Assembly (NCBI RefSeq): GCF_006345805.1 | Contig: NW_021832260.1 | Coordinates: 1-62,139 of the forward strand | Direction: 5' to 3' | Source: Octopus sinensis | Lineage: Eukaryota | Length of the DNA: 62,139 nt | Part shown: piece by piece, positions 1 through 12,512 of the stretch | How the letters are laid out: the number at the start of each line of letters is the position of its first letter | Position numbering within the stretch: the stretch's first letter is position 1 | Position numbers and translations under genes: made by a program | The notes under the pieces: model-generated | Told to the model about the DNA's origin: nothing | What the model saw: the letters and a program-made list of their open reading frames with translations, nothing else | Databases searched by the model: none

Positions 1-24
1 ATTATGATGAGAGAGCCTTTAAGA

Positions 25-235
25 CGGTGAGTGGCAGAATAGTCAGCGCGCCGGAAATGATGCATAGCGGCAATTCTTTTGGATATTTACGTTCTAACAT
101 CAAATTGTACCGAAACAATTTTGTCATTCATCCTTTTAGTAGTCGATAGAATAAAATACCAGCTCAGCAGTGGGGTCGATATAATCAACTTGTCCCTTCT
201 CCTTAAAACCGCTAGCCTTGTGGCAACATTTAAAG
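25..235 (+). mobile_element. Degenerate tRNA-derived SINE, family A (head GGCAGAATCGTTAGC, core GCCTTTCATCCTTTCGGGGTCGAT)
   Basis: Colinear but diverged match to the better copies at 6952 and 49654 (head, ttcatcc core, taaaataccag, ggggtcgatataatc). Confidence 0.7.
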
Positions 236-1509
236 CAGTTATTAAGATAGAGCGCATCGCAATAACGGCGTAAAAGACAAACTATGTTTCCGCGCTCATT
301 CCAATGCCGTCAAGCGTAAAAATCGACCATCTTTCAGTTTAAATGTTCTGACACGTCGACTTAGCTTTATTAAATTCTGTAATTGATTTTTGGTGAATCA
401 GCCACAAGAACATTTTTGAATAGAATTTCAATTATGGTAAGTTTTACAATTTTAATTCACAAAACCTTTTCAACAACAAATATTATAACCTTGTCTCCTA
501 CATGTAACTACTGTACCTGACAATAACTGCCTTTCGATCATTCACTCGAAATTATGTTAGAATAAGTGAAAATTATTACAATGTTTAATTCCATCGGCAT
601 ATTCATACATACAAAAATTGGAGAAACTTTTTCCGTTAGCACTTTTAACATAAATTTGGTTTCTAAAAAGTGCAGGATCAAAAATGTATAAAAAATTCAT
701 TGGTCAGTTTTCAATACATTACTCTAAAGTTTCATGGCGGTTTTCATCGAAAGTTACACAGAAATTGCTGCGTAACAAACAAACCTTATTATTTCAAGAC
801 ATCCAAGGATTTAAGAGAAGTCAGAGCATTTTAGACCCAGCTCAGAGTAATTACTTAGAATTATGTAAGCCCAAACAGCTATAGCATACTGATATAAATA
901 TCCACTATGGTTATAACCATACAAATACCAATAAATAACATTACTGTTTCACTTCATACACAGGTGTATGTGTGTGTGTGTCTGTATGTATATACACACA
1001 CAAACACATAAGCATAAATTCTCTGTTCGTGTTCTCTTTTATTCAGCCACTACAAACCAAGCGTACACAAGATCATACAGACACACATACATGCATACTC
1101 AAATGAGGTCTGACCGAAACAGAAAATATCTTACAAAGTATCACTGTAACCAAACGGAGAAACGAGCTCGTGACTGCAGTGCGATAAGTGTGCAACATTG
1201 AATTTCAGTGTAATAACAGCCACATCATGCTGCATCACTTAGCGATTGGCTTACAAGTAATAGAATGAGCATATATTTAGCGCATTCGCAAAATGTCGCA
1301 AGTCAAATTATGACAGATTTGAAAATGCAACACGTTTCTTTAGAATTCTGCTTCTGGAAAAAGTGGAGAAATTAGAGATCTTCTCAAATATTGCAACAGG
1401 ATTTTAGAGAAGAAAATACCAGAGTTGTTCACAATTTCATAAATGATAAGAGTGCTTTAAATCGGACAGAACTCGACCGAAAATAATTCCCAGTCTAGTG
1501 GATTTCTGA

Positions 1510-1900
1510 AAGCGGTGATCGAGCAGAATCCTTATCTCACCGGGAAAAATGATTAGCGGTATTTTGTCCGCCTTTATGTTCTGAGTTCAAATTTCGCCGA
1601 GGTCGACTTTGCCTTTCATCCTTTCAGGGTCGATTAAATAAGTACCAGTTACGCACTGGGGTCGATATAATCGACTTAATCTGTTTGTCTGTCCTTGTTT
1701 GTCCTCTCTGTGTTTAGCCCCTTGTGGGTAGTAAAGAAATAGATATTTTGTCCGCCTTTATGTTCTGAGTTCAAATCCCGCCGAGGTCGACTTTACCTTT
1801 CATCCTTTCGAGGATAAGTACAATTTGAGAACCGGGATCGATGTAATCCACTTACCCACTCGCTCGAAATTGCTGGCCTTATGCCAAAACCTGAAACCAA
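1510..1900 (+). mobile_element. Family A SINE, dimer-like composite with two different tails
   Basis: Structure is head-core-tail(gtttgtctgtccttg...gggtagtaaagaaat), then a restart at (a)gatattttgtccgcc, a second core and a different tail (gaaattgctggccttatgccaaaacctgaaaccaat). Confidence 0.9.
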
Positions 1901-2018
1901 TCTGGAGGGCTTCTCTCGAAAAAGGACGTCGATCATTTTAAAAAGGTAGGCTCTGTGAGCTGAGACAATCGTAGCGTCGTCTGTCAAGTTTTATACGGTG
2001 GCACATACATATATATAT

Positions 2019-2060
<42 letters not shown>

Positions 2061-2084
2061 TATATATATATATACATAATGTCA

Positions 2085-2302
2085 TCATTTAGTTGTATTT
2101 CAAGATTTCTTGCCAATACAAAAGGAACCGGTTTTTAACCTAGATCCGAGGCTGCTTCTTTGGAATTTCAGCAACAGCAACAGGGAAGTTTTGTATGTAT
2201 GTGCATACCAAAAATTTGCATACATAAATACATACATGTATGTATGTATGTATGTATGTATGTATGTATGTATGTATGTATGTATGTATGTATGTATGTA
2301 TG

Positions 2303-2335
<33 letters not shown>

Positions 2336-3260
2336 TTGTATGTACTGTTTTATGTATGTATTCTTATGCATATAATTACATATTTAGACATGTTCATATA
2401 TACGTAAATGATAAACTTCTGATTTTTTCAGTCCTAGTGATGGATTGTGTCTGTAGTCTTCGAATCAGCTTTTTCCTTTCTGGTTTCAAGAAGCCTAATT
2501 TCTCAAGATTGGTATTTAGGTAGTACGTTACATATCCCAGAGCCACAATAATTACAGGTATAAACCTGAACTTGTAATCTGGGTAGAATAACTGCATATT
2601 TCTCAATAGTTCAGCATAGGTGTTCTCTTTTTCACTGATCTTCAGCTTTCTGTTAACATCCGCTGGGCAGCTGATTTCCACAACTGTACATAGTTTCTCT
2701 TCTCTATCCTAAATCATTATATCAGATCTTTTGTGTTTACATTTTATTGGGGTTTTCACTGGGATATTCCACTAGTATTCCTTTTTATTATGAGTGGTTA
2801 TGGCTTCTACCATACTGTCGGTTCTTATTTCTTTGTCTTCGGGGTTATCCTTTCGACGGATCTCATTATACAGTGTCCTAGCTGCATCATCATGTCCCAT
2901 CGGTAGATAATACCGCGATGACATATTCGGACAATTGCTTATGATGTGGATGATATCATCGGTGTTAATTCCACAAAGTCTGCATCGGTTGTTGCATTTC
3001 ACTGCTTTTCCTGCGTCGCTGTCCATTTTGTGTACCAGGCATTCGGTTGATATTTCTTGTTCCTAGATTGCAAAAGCCTACCCTTCAAAGTGGGAGGTAG
3101 TCATCCGGTTGAGGGTCGATGTTAGACTGCTTTGATGATCAATGTGTCTATCATCTCGGATTTTTCTATTTACATATCCATTCATGGTCTTCTGCTTATG
3201 TTTGCTCATCCTTTCATCTCATGATATGTTGCGGTAGAGTCGTGTGACTTCATCGGGCAT
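2085..3260 (-). mobile_element. 3' fragment of an R4/Dong-like non-LTR retrotransposon (CCHC knuckle plus restriction-like endonuclease), decayed
   Basis: Minus-strand peptides CRLCGINTDDIIHIISNCP...YYLPMGHD (CCHC) and EISCPAD...EKENTY...IPVIIVALG (RLE domain). In-frame stops upstream. The 3' UTR contains a (TACA)n expansion. Confidence 0.85.
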
Positions 3261-3950
3261 CCACATGAGTGGATGTATGTATGCAGGTGCGTTCGTGCCT
3301 GTGTGCATGCGTACGCACATATGTATATGTACGTGCATGTGTACGCACGTACGTATGTGTAAGTGTGTATTCATGAATGTATGTAGTATGTAGGCATAAC
3401 GTATTGTGGCCGTATTCGAAGAAGCAGAGGTCTATGAAACATTACCATGCAAGTAAAAGTAGAGGCCATTATCAAGAGCTGGTTGGACAAAAGCCGGCTG
3501 GAAAGTTGGTGCTTGACCAGGAAGCGTTCCATTGTAGAATCCTCAATGCGCTGCAGGGGTACGATACATAATTGCGATGTAGGTATGTAAGAATATTATT
3601 CTATGTATATGTGCATATATGTATTAATATATGTGTGCACGTATGTATATACACGTATGTGTATATAATTTCTTTATCTCTTTTTAATTAAGAGTCAAGT
3701 TTCATCAGGCGCCTGCTAGGCAGCAAGATTGGGAAGGAAAGTATCTTTCGTACATCATCCTCTAAATCTTTAGACCATGCAGATTTTTATTGTCCCAGAT
3801 ATCCTAATCATTTGTAGCGAAGGAATCAGGAGTTGCATTCTCTTCCCGAGAACCCAAGTTCAACTCTACTTTGCTCTAGGCAGGTTGACACGGGTCTTGT
3901 GGCTCCAATGATACACGTATATGAATGTATGTCAGTGTGTCCACATATCT

Positions 3951-4165
3951 TTTATCTTTCATTTGTTTCAGTTATTAAACTGCGGCCATGCTGGGGCACA
4001 ATCTTCAAGAACTATAGCCGAACGAATCGTCCGCAAAACTTACGTTTAAAAGCCTGGTACTGATTTTATCATTCTCTTTTGCCAAATCGCTATGGTACGG
4101 AGATGTAAATACACATACATCGATTGTCAAGCGGCAAAATGGGGTTAGGAAGAAACGCAGAAGCA

Positions 4166-4203
<38 letters not shown>

Positions 4204-4363
4204 CGGACCTTTCCTTTTCCGTCGAATAAATCCATTTACAAGGCATTAGGTGGGTCCGAGGCTATTGTAGAAAACACTTGTACAAGGCGCCGTGCAGTGA
4301 GATTGAACAGAGAACCACGTGGCTGGGAATCAAAATTCTTACCACACTGCTACGCTTGCGCCT
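3951..4363 (-). mobile_element. tRNA-derived SINE, family B (head GGCGCAGGAGTGGCTGTGTGG, CORE-like ccttgggcaagtgtctt, internal microsatellite, tail ccagcatggcc...ctgaaacaagtaaaaga)
   Basis: Full-length diverged match to the copies at 5474 and 57929. Confidence 0.85.
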
Positions 4364-4389
4364 ATGTTTTTATTGAAAAATACATGTAT

Positions 4390-4495
<106 letters not shown>

Positions 4496-5193
4496 TTTGC
4501 GTGTATGTGTGAGTATTTGTATCTCTCTCCGTGTGTGTATAGCTATCCATCATTTCGCAATCCCATAATCTGTTACTAACTCCAGACTGTTGAGTCTAAA
4601 TGTTGTAACACGAAGTCCCATTAACATCGTAATTCTTATTATGACGTCATTAGTGGTTCAGCAGTTTCCTTTTTATTCCTCAGGGAGACACATATTAAAA
4701 ACAACTGGTTATGGTATTCTATAAGAATAGTATTATAGACTGCAGGACACCATAGGGGAGAGAATAGTCCTATCAGTGGAAAGTGAAATTAAAGCGAAGA
4801 TATTACGTGATAAATGTAATTGTAATAACAGAAACAACAGCAGCAGCTGTAATAACACGTACACGTGTGTGTGTGTGTGAATAAATAAATAAATATATAT
4901 ATATATATATATACATACACATATGCATATATGTATGTGTGTATATATGTATATATATGTGTAGATAGATAGATAGGTAGAAGTACGCATTTGCACATCT
5001 ATATCGACACATTCACAGAAATACATACTCAGGCATAATGGCGCGGATGCACACAAGCACACGTCTTACATACACATTTACAGAGACACGCACATACACA
5101 TACAATATCTTTAGGTTTCGTTGACGCAGAACATAAAATTAACCTAAATTTTCCTTCGTTCACTCTAAAAATTGTCTACGTGTGTATGTATGC

Positions 5194-5235
<42 letters not shown>

Positions 5236-5425
5236 CTATATCCATTTATATATCTCTATATATATTTATCTTTATATCTATATCAGTCTGACATTTCACT
5301 TCATATTTTATTTATAATATATGTGTGAGTGTGTGTGTACACATACATACATACATACATAAATACATATGTACATGTATCTATGCATAAAAGTACATAC
5401 ATACATACATACATACATACATACA

Positions 5426-5472
<47 letters not shown>

Positions 5473-5473
5473 T

Positions 5474-5776
5474 AGGCGCAGGAGTGGCTGTGTGGTAAGT
5501 ATCTTGCTTACCAACCACATGGTTCCGGGTTCAGTCCCACTTTAGCCTCGGGTCTTGAGCCTTGTGAGTGGATTTAGTAGGCGGAAACTGAAAGAAGCCT
5601 ATCGTATATATGTACATATGTGTGTGTGTACATGTTTGTGTGTCTGTGTTTGTCCCCCAACATCGCTTGACAACTGTTGCTGGTGTGTTTACGTCCCCGT
5701 AACTTAGCGGTTCATCAAAAGAGATCGATAGAATAAGTACTAGGCTTACAAAGAATAAGTCCTGGATCGATCTGCC
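5474..5776 (+). mobile_element. Family B SINE with internal deletion and 3' truncation
   Basis: aggcgcaggagtggctgtgtggtaag...ggttcagtccc (pol III A and B boxes), followed by the family B body. Confidence 0.9.
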
Positions 5777-6951
5777 GTAAAGCTTTATTTCCACACACAC
5801 CACCTTAATTTAATTCGTCCTTTCTCGGAAGACACATGTTGTTATATCCTGTTATTATTATTTTTATTGTATTTGTGTAACATTGTCCGTTTTTTCCTGT
5901 TTTTGTATACATTCGCTGCTTTCTTCCAAGGAATCTAATACTCTTAGCTTAGTTCTTCCTTGGGCCTGGCCAGATTGGAGCAATCTCAAGTATAATCAGC
6001 CGAAATTGCGACGATAATCTGGTACTTGACTGAGGAAAGAAAAATGTTGAATGACCTGTCCTTGTTTTCTTTGTATCGTCTATCTGGATGTTTTGTTGTC
6101 CCATTTTTGTATCACCTAACTGCCCGGATGTTTTGCGTACTTGTCCCATTTTGTACTTTTTATACATATAGCGGCGTATGTACACTTTGGTCTCATATAT
6201 ATATACATATATATGTATGAGGAAAAGGACATCAAAACCAAGGTAGAACGGATATCTCAAGTCATTTACAATAATTCAATCAGCACAATGTTAATTTGAA
6301 GTCTTAGACCTGTTTCTTTCATCCCAAACTGATCAAAGACAAGGCGAGTAAGTATGAAAGTTCTAGACAGAGAAATTCACAGTATATAAGGAATAACATA
6401 GAAGAATAAAAGGTAAAAGTAGATAGAAGAATACAAAGAGGAGAATAAAAGTTCACAATTCAAATTTTTCCAATGGCTGTGGAGGTTGGTCCGTACTTCG
6501 GTGAAGGCATAAGTCCTTATGCTTAAGCCCAGGTAAATCCAGGCAGAATTTTGGCAGTGTTTTGAATGATGTATTCACGGCGAAGTGGTTAGCTAGTGTG
6601 CAAATGGGCCACGTGTATATATAAAATCAGAAAGGCAGGCATCGGGATAGACAGAAGAGGGTTGTGAGTGAGTGGAGAGAAGAGAGAAGAAAGAAAAGGA
6701 GAGAGAGAGAGAGAGAGAGAGTGAAGACAGGAAAGAATGAATGAGATCAAAAGTAAAGTAAAATCAGAATCAAAATAAAAAATTTTTTAAATGAAAAATT
6801 ACAAATAAAGAATAAATAGAATAAAGATAGAGATAAGGGACCAGAACTATTCTTAAGTGTCGGTTCGGGGTGAGAGGTCAGATGTTAAAGGTTTTGATAA
6901 TGTGAGGGGGAAGGCATTTATGTCTATTGATTAAATAGGTTAGGTGTGGTC

Positions 6952-7170
6952 CTGGCAGAACCGTTAGCACGCCGGGCGAAAAGCGAAGCCGTATTTCGTC
7001 TGCTGTTACGTTCTGAGTACAAATTCCGTCGAGGTCGACTTTGCCTTTCAACCTTTCAGGGTCGATAAATTAAGTACCAGTTACGCACTGGGGTCGATAT
7101 AATCGACTTAATCCGTTTGTCTGTCCTTGTTTGTCCCCACTGTGTTTAGCCCCTTGTAGGTAATAAAGAA
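6952..7170 (+). mobile_element. Family A SINE
   Basis: ctggcagaaccgttagcacgccgggcg...gaggtcgactttgcctttca...aataaagaa; high similarity to 49654-49876. Confidence 0.92.
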
Positions 7171-7439
7171 ACACAAAAATAGCTGAAAATAGATGCCTAG
7201 CTTAAGGGAGTATGTGTTGGATAAAACTACAATGAAATTGCCGTGAGCGCTATATCAACGTTGCCCAAATGATATTCATCCCAGGCTTGGCCCCCGTGCC
7301 ATCCGTCCACATCAGAAATGTTCTTGTCGTATGACAACTCTACGACAGAACCATTTCACCTCAACTAGCCCTGCTCTCTTCAACATCGTGCCAGCCCGCA
7401 TAAAGTGATTTCATGGCATTCAAACAGTCCCTAGGGGAC

Positions 7440-7535
7440 CTTAAGGGGTTTGTTCTAGTACTTATTCTATCGATCTCTCATATTGAACTGCTACGTTACG
7501 GGGACGTAAACACACCAACATCAGTTGTCAGGCTA
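7440..7535 (-). mobile_element. Family B SINE fragment
   Basis: tacttattctatcgatctc...ggggacgtaaacacaccaacatcagttgtca matches 58025-58095. Confidence 0.75.
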
Positions 7536-7544
7536 TATATCTCC

Positions 7545-8290
7545 AAGTAGTCCATCAGGACCTGTTCAGAACTTTGGGTGTATTTGAAACTAGGACGTTA
7601 ATCTATGAGAAAACATAAGAAAAAACGCGAAGAAAAAACACGAAGAATGTTAATGCTAAAAGTGGAACGAGATGAAAGAAAAGAAAATTAAGATCTTCAT
7701 TCACTTTCATTGTAGAAACCAGAATAAATGTAGCTGGTGCGGAATAATACAACAGATAGAAGGCGAAAGTCTGTGAGACAGCACCTCAATACGAGGCGGA
7801 TGCTGGTCCTTCAGTTCGACAAAAGAAACTTGTCCATCTCCCTGCATTTATAAAATTTTTTCGATCTGGAATTAAGTACGGTGCTGGAAGTCTTGGATCT
7901 AAAACACGTGCGATCTTTCAGCTTTGCATAATCTCCATCTCTTTGATCTATTTATATATGGCACAGATTTCTCAACGATTCTCTACTTAAGTGTACGTGG
8001 TGTGCATTTGGTTTTCAGACCCCATACATAGCTAGCAAAATGAGTGACCTTATTTTTATCACTGTTTGGGTAACAAGATTGGTGGTTTGCATAACAACTT
8101 TTAAAATTGCCTTCGCATAAACTGGTGTAACATTTTGTCTTAATTGCCTTGGAGCACTGCTGCAACTTCATAAACAACTGCGTTTATCAAACACTTCTGA
8201 TCAAGCAGGCAAACTTCAAGGTCTCGACGTTTACAACTGGGAGTGGGCTCTTGATGTGACTTAAGAGTGATAATGTCCTTCATTTCGAGG
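7545..8290 (-). mobile_element. Decayed Penelope-like element (GIY-YIG endonuclease end plus 3' UTR), Neptune/Nematis-like
   Basis: Manual minus-strand translation across frameshifts and stops: CKRRDLEVCLLDQKCLINAVVYEV / YTSLCEGNFKSCYANHQS / ASYVWGLK / RIVEKSVPY...RLCKAE / LNSRSEKFYKCREMDKFLL. This is colinear with the PLE at 27392-28170. Confidence 0.75.
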
Positions 8291-8794
8291 CAGCAGTTGT
8301 ACGAAATTTTTTACCGAATGTCTATTAAAAATCTTCCTGTATTTGTGATTTACTGAAAAATGATTATTTAATAACGTCAAAAATGTCTTGCTTGTGTTAG
8401 TCTCAAAATTTAAGAAGCAAGTGTGTGTGGGAGAGGGCGGAACGATGCTATTTTCCCTAGGTCTATTTTAGGCTTCATATTTTTAACAGAAGGGTTATAT
8501 GAAAACCCTTACATCAGCAAAAGAACCATCTGATATTCTAATAGACGAGCAACCAGCATTTTGCAGCTATGAACGACAGCTCGCTATTAGTAGCTGATGA
8601 AGCACACCGTCACAGAACCGTATGCCTACAGGTTTCTGCGTCGTTTGATGTCGCTCCTGTTCTATTGGCGTTTACACCCATCTATGTTATAAAGAGAACT
8701 TCTCTTGAAACAATTTGGGGAGCGTTTTGTCTTTCCATGTCCGAGTGTATAGCAACGTGTGACATATGATTATACATAACCATGTTTTGTTCAC

Positions 8795-8846
<52 letters not shown>

Positions 8847-8914
8847 CTTTATATATATATTCTGTCTAATAAGAATATATAATATATATTTGATTGCTAA
8901 ATCCCCAATTTCTC

Positions 8915-9040
8915 TCTCCGTTTATTTTCTCGTAGGCTCGACACGTAAAAGACTTTCTCACTTTTCCGAGCGTCGAACTAATGCATCTGCTTGGTGTTTA
9001 TGCACCTTTCTTCGTCTTGTTTTTCTGTAAATTTCAACTA
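8915..9040 (+). mobile_element. Short repeat (PLE pseudo-LTR-like tail, here called family H1) with a 5'-deleted hammerhead remnant
   Basis: Homologous to 50635-50780 (cgtaggctcg..acgtaaaagactttctcac...cttcgtctt.gtttttct.taaattt). A third fragment lies on the minus strand at about 26135-26180. Confidence 0.65.
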
Positions 9041-9059
9041 TATACATACACCCATACGC

Positions 9060-9119
9060 ACATATGTAAGTATATATATATATATAATAAGTATATATAT
9101 ATATATATATATATATAAT

Positions 9120-9170
<51 letters not shown>

Positions 9171-9190
9171 AGTATATATATATATATAAG

Positions 9191-9223
<33 letters not shown>

Positions 9224-9236
9224 TAAGTATATATAT

Positions 9237-9270
<34 letters not shown>

Positions 9271-9316
9271 ATATATATATATATATAGTATATATATATA
9301 TAATATATATATATAA

Positions 9317-9385
<69 letters not shown>

Positions 9386-9490
9386 TATATATATACATAC
9401 ATATACATACATACATACACACACATATAAATTTGTGTAAACATATATATATATATATATAATTATATATATATATATGCACATACACAT
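9060..9490. repeat. (TA)n microsatellite with interruptions
   Basis: Directly visible. Confidence 0.97.
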
Positions 9491-9848
9491 CTTGTGTGTA
9501 AGCATCTATTTGTTTACATGTATGTACAAGATAGTAAAATCGTATCATAACACTGACGAATACAGCATGTTAAAAATGGAAAATAGAAGATTTCGGTGCG
9601 ATGTTGAGATAACCTCCATTTTAAATCGTTGTCAACAGTCATAAAAATTATGAAGAAGCAATAAGCCTCTCGTAAAATGAAACATTCAAACTGATTCCAG
9701 TGATAATACCGAATTACGTTTAATCTAGATGTAAAGATTAAATCATTAGAGAAGTAGCAGTAGCACAAAGCGTTTACATATATATATATATATAAATATA
9801 TATATATATATGTGTGTGTGTATATATATATATGTGTATCAATCTATG

Positions 9849-9890
<42 letters not shown>

Positions 9891-10522
9891 TGTGTGTATA
9901 TATGTATGCATATATATATATATATACACGCACATAAATATATATACATATGTATATAAACCCATATATATATATTTGAATACATATAGAGAGATAAGTG
10001 TGTGTGTGTGTGTTTGTGTAAAGTTCATATTTGGCTCGACTTTAATGGTTTGTTTTGCCAGTAACATATTTAGCGTCCAAATATAATACATTCGCGCATA
10101 TATTCATAAACACATAGCATTATACTCTTGTATACACAAACGTTTTCTTACACATACCTCTCTTTTCTCTGTCTGTTTCTCTCTCTACATACACACACAC
10201 GCACCCATAAATCTGCAGATATATCTGCGTATAGACTGCCTATTCATATAACGGATGTGATTATATATATGTGTGTGTGTTTGTATATATATGTGTGTTT
10301 AAGCCCGTTGTGTTCAAAGTCTTGCAAGTGAATTTGTTTGGCAGAAACTGTGCGGAAGCTCATCGTGCATACATATGTATATATATTTCGTTTTTGGATT
10401 TGGTTTGCAAATTTTTTTTATGTGATTTCGTGTATTGAAACATATTCTGTTGTGTCTCTTTTGGTGTTTTATAATTTAACACACTCGCCGGTAAAATTTC
10501 CACTCATTTAAAAAAAATATTT

Positions 10523-10559
10523 CTAAAATTTTCGTTGCATGTTGCAACCTTTTCAAGAG
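10523..10559 (-). ncRNA. Minimal type I hammerhead-like motif with U3:A8 core
   Basis: Minus strand reads CUC-UUGAAAA-G-GUUGC-AACAU-GCAAC-GAA-AAUU-U-UAG. Stem II is 5 bp and stem III is palindromic (AAUU). Stem I has a C.U mismatch at the junction in this copy. Confidence 0.6.
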
Positions 10560-11091
10560 TTTTGACTGTCAGTTATTCACACTGCGTTCCTTTTTGTTTG
10601 TGCGCATGTGTGTGGGTTAGTGTGTGCGTGGGGGTGCCTACACATGCATGTATGTATTTATGTATATGTGTGTATGCATGTATGTGCGTGTATGCATGTA
10701 TGTGTATGCATATGTATATATGTATGTATGTGTGTATATTCGTATTATGTATTCTGCATATTCATGTGTTTCCGTGTTCGTGTGTTTTTTTGTGTATATG
10801 TGTGTTTGTATATATGTGTGTGTGTATCTCTCTCTCCTTGTGTGTGCATGTCTGCGTGTGCGTGTGTTTTGCAACTATGTACCGTGTTTGTATGTATGAA
10901 TGTGCATCTCTATATGTGTGTCTCCATATGAGTCCTTGCTTGAAGTAAAGTGTGTGTATATATGGTCATGTGTTTCAGTCTTCATTTGTGTATGTGTGCG
11001 TATGTGTGCTTGTCTGTTCATATAACCTATGTACCTATCCGTCTGTCTGTTGATCTGTTTACTTCCATATCCATATGCTTATATACATGTG

Positions 11092-11140
<49 letters not shown>

Positions 11141-11187
11141 TATATACATACATGTACCCCACACAGATACACACATCTACATAACAG

Positions 11188-11575
11188 CCCATTAACTATT
11201 ACCTGTGTAAACTGTGGGTATGGGGATATGATATCTACTATGTATATTTCCTATTTAGTATTGGGTAAGTTTCATTTATGAGAACATACTCCTGTATTTG
11301 TCTGAGTGTTGGGTCCTTTGGGTGCTTGGATAAGATGCAGATGTCAAGTTGACCCAGGTTGCCTCCATGTTGGTCCTTGGCATGTTGGTAGAGTATGGAG
11401 CACTGTTTTTTGTCGTCATGTTGTCTCAAATGTTCATTTAGTCGTTCCGCAATTCTCCTAGATGTCTCCCCTATGTATGTCATGTTCATGTCTTTACAAG
11501 CATCTTCTATGCATCTTATGCTGTAAACTACATTTCTAGTTCTACAGTTAATGCCAGGGCTAATCCTACAAAAGT
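11188..11575 (-). mobile_element. 5'-truncated Penelope-like element (GIY-YIG end plus short 3' UTR)
   Basis: FCRISPGINCRTRNVVYSIRC...TYIGETSRRIAERLNEH...RQIQEYVLINETYPILNRKYT*, with VVY and YIG strands, a catalytic R, and E..LN motifs. Confidence 0.9.
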
Positions 11576-12512
11576 ATCGCAGGCAGTTAGGAACCCAGAG
11601 GACATCATAAAACTGCAGAAAGACCTGAATGAAATATACAAATGGGCTAACAAAAATAACATGCAGTTCAATGCTATGAAATTTCAGGCACTTCACTATC
11701 GACCCAACACCAGGTTAAAATAGGAATACACTGGACCAGAAGGTAATACGATCTCAGAGTCAGAGTCGGTGCGTGACCTGGGGGTTCACATGAGCAATGA
11801 TGCAACATTCCATGTGCATATTACCAAGATGGCAACACTGTGCAGGCGAGTGGCTGGCTGGATTCTGAGGACATTCAGAACCAGATAAGGGAAGCCTTGC
11901 TACCCATATGGAAGACTTTCGTTCTGAGCCGCTTCGATTACTGCTCCCAGCTATGGTCCCCAGAGAGTAAAACAAACTGTGGAACTCGAAGCCATCCACC
12001 GCCAATACACAAAGAAGATTGACTCGATGCAAAGATGGGCTACTGGGAGGAGCTGAAGGTGCTGAGTCTATATTCCCTGGAGAGAAAACAAGAGAGATAT
12101 GCGGTGATATATATTTAGAAGATCTTGGAGGGTTTCGCTCCCAATTTTGGAATTGACAGCTAGACCAATCCTCGAACTGGGCAGCACTGCATCATACCAA
12201 AGAATCCGTCTTCCCCATCTAAAATAAGGACACAGTACTGCAATAGTCTGGGTTTCAAGGGCTCGAAATTGTTCAACATCCTGCCAAGCAACCTTAGAGA
12301 TCTACATGTTGCTGATGTGGAAATTTTCAAGGAACGTCTAGACAGGTTTCTATCCGAGATACCAGACGAACTGACATGGCGGCAGGAAACGCAAAGAAGA
12401 GTGGATCCGTCCAACTCGCTGCTTCACCAAAAACAATATCGGAAACAACAGCGAGTAACTATAGGTGGTGCACCAGCATGACCTCAGCCCTGGGCTGAAA
12501 CTAGTAAAAGAT
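11568..12512 (+). mobile_element. 5'-truncated CR1-group LINE (RT C-terminus plus 3' UTR), decayed
   Basis: TKVSQAVRNPEDIIKLQKDLNEIYKWANKNNMQFNAMKF / SESVRDLGV / VLSRFDYCSQLWSP / LYSLERKQERYAVIY / LFNILPSNLRDLH...FKERLDRFLSEIPDE...SNSLLHQ. Exact clade not determined. Confidence 0.9.

Noticed and set aside
338-442. Acceptor-like ctttcag and strong donor ATG/GTAAGT bracketing 99 bp
   Set aside because: All three frames contain stops and there is no transcript evidence.
2125-2180. AAAACCGGUU and an upstream hairpin in the R4/Dong-like 3' UTR, suggestive of a hammerhead
   Set aside because: No acceptable core or stem I could be parsed.
5790-6900. Probable interspersed repeats or an old PLE 3' region
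   Set aside because: No second copy in the window and no convincing translation.
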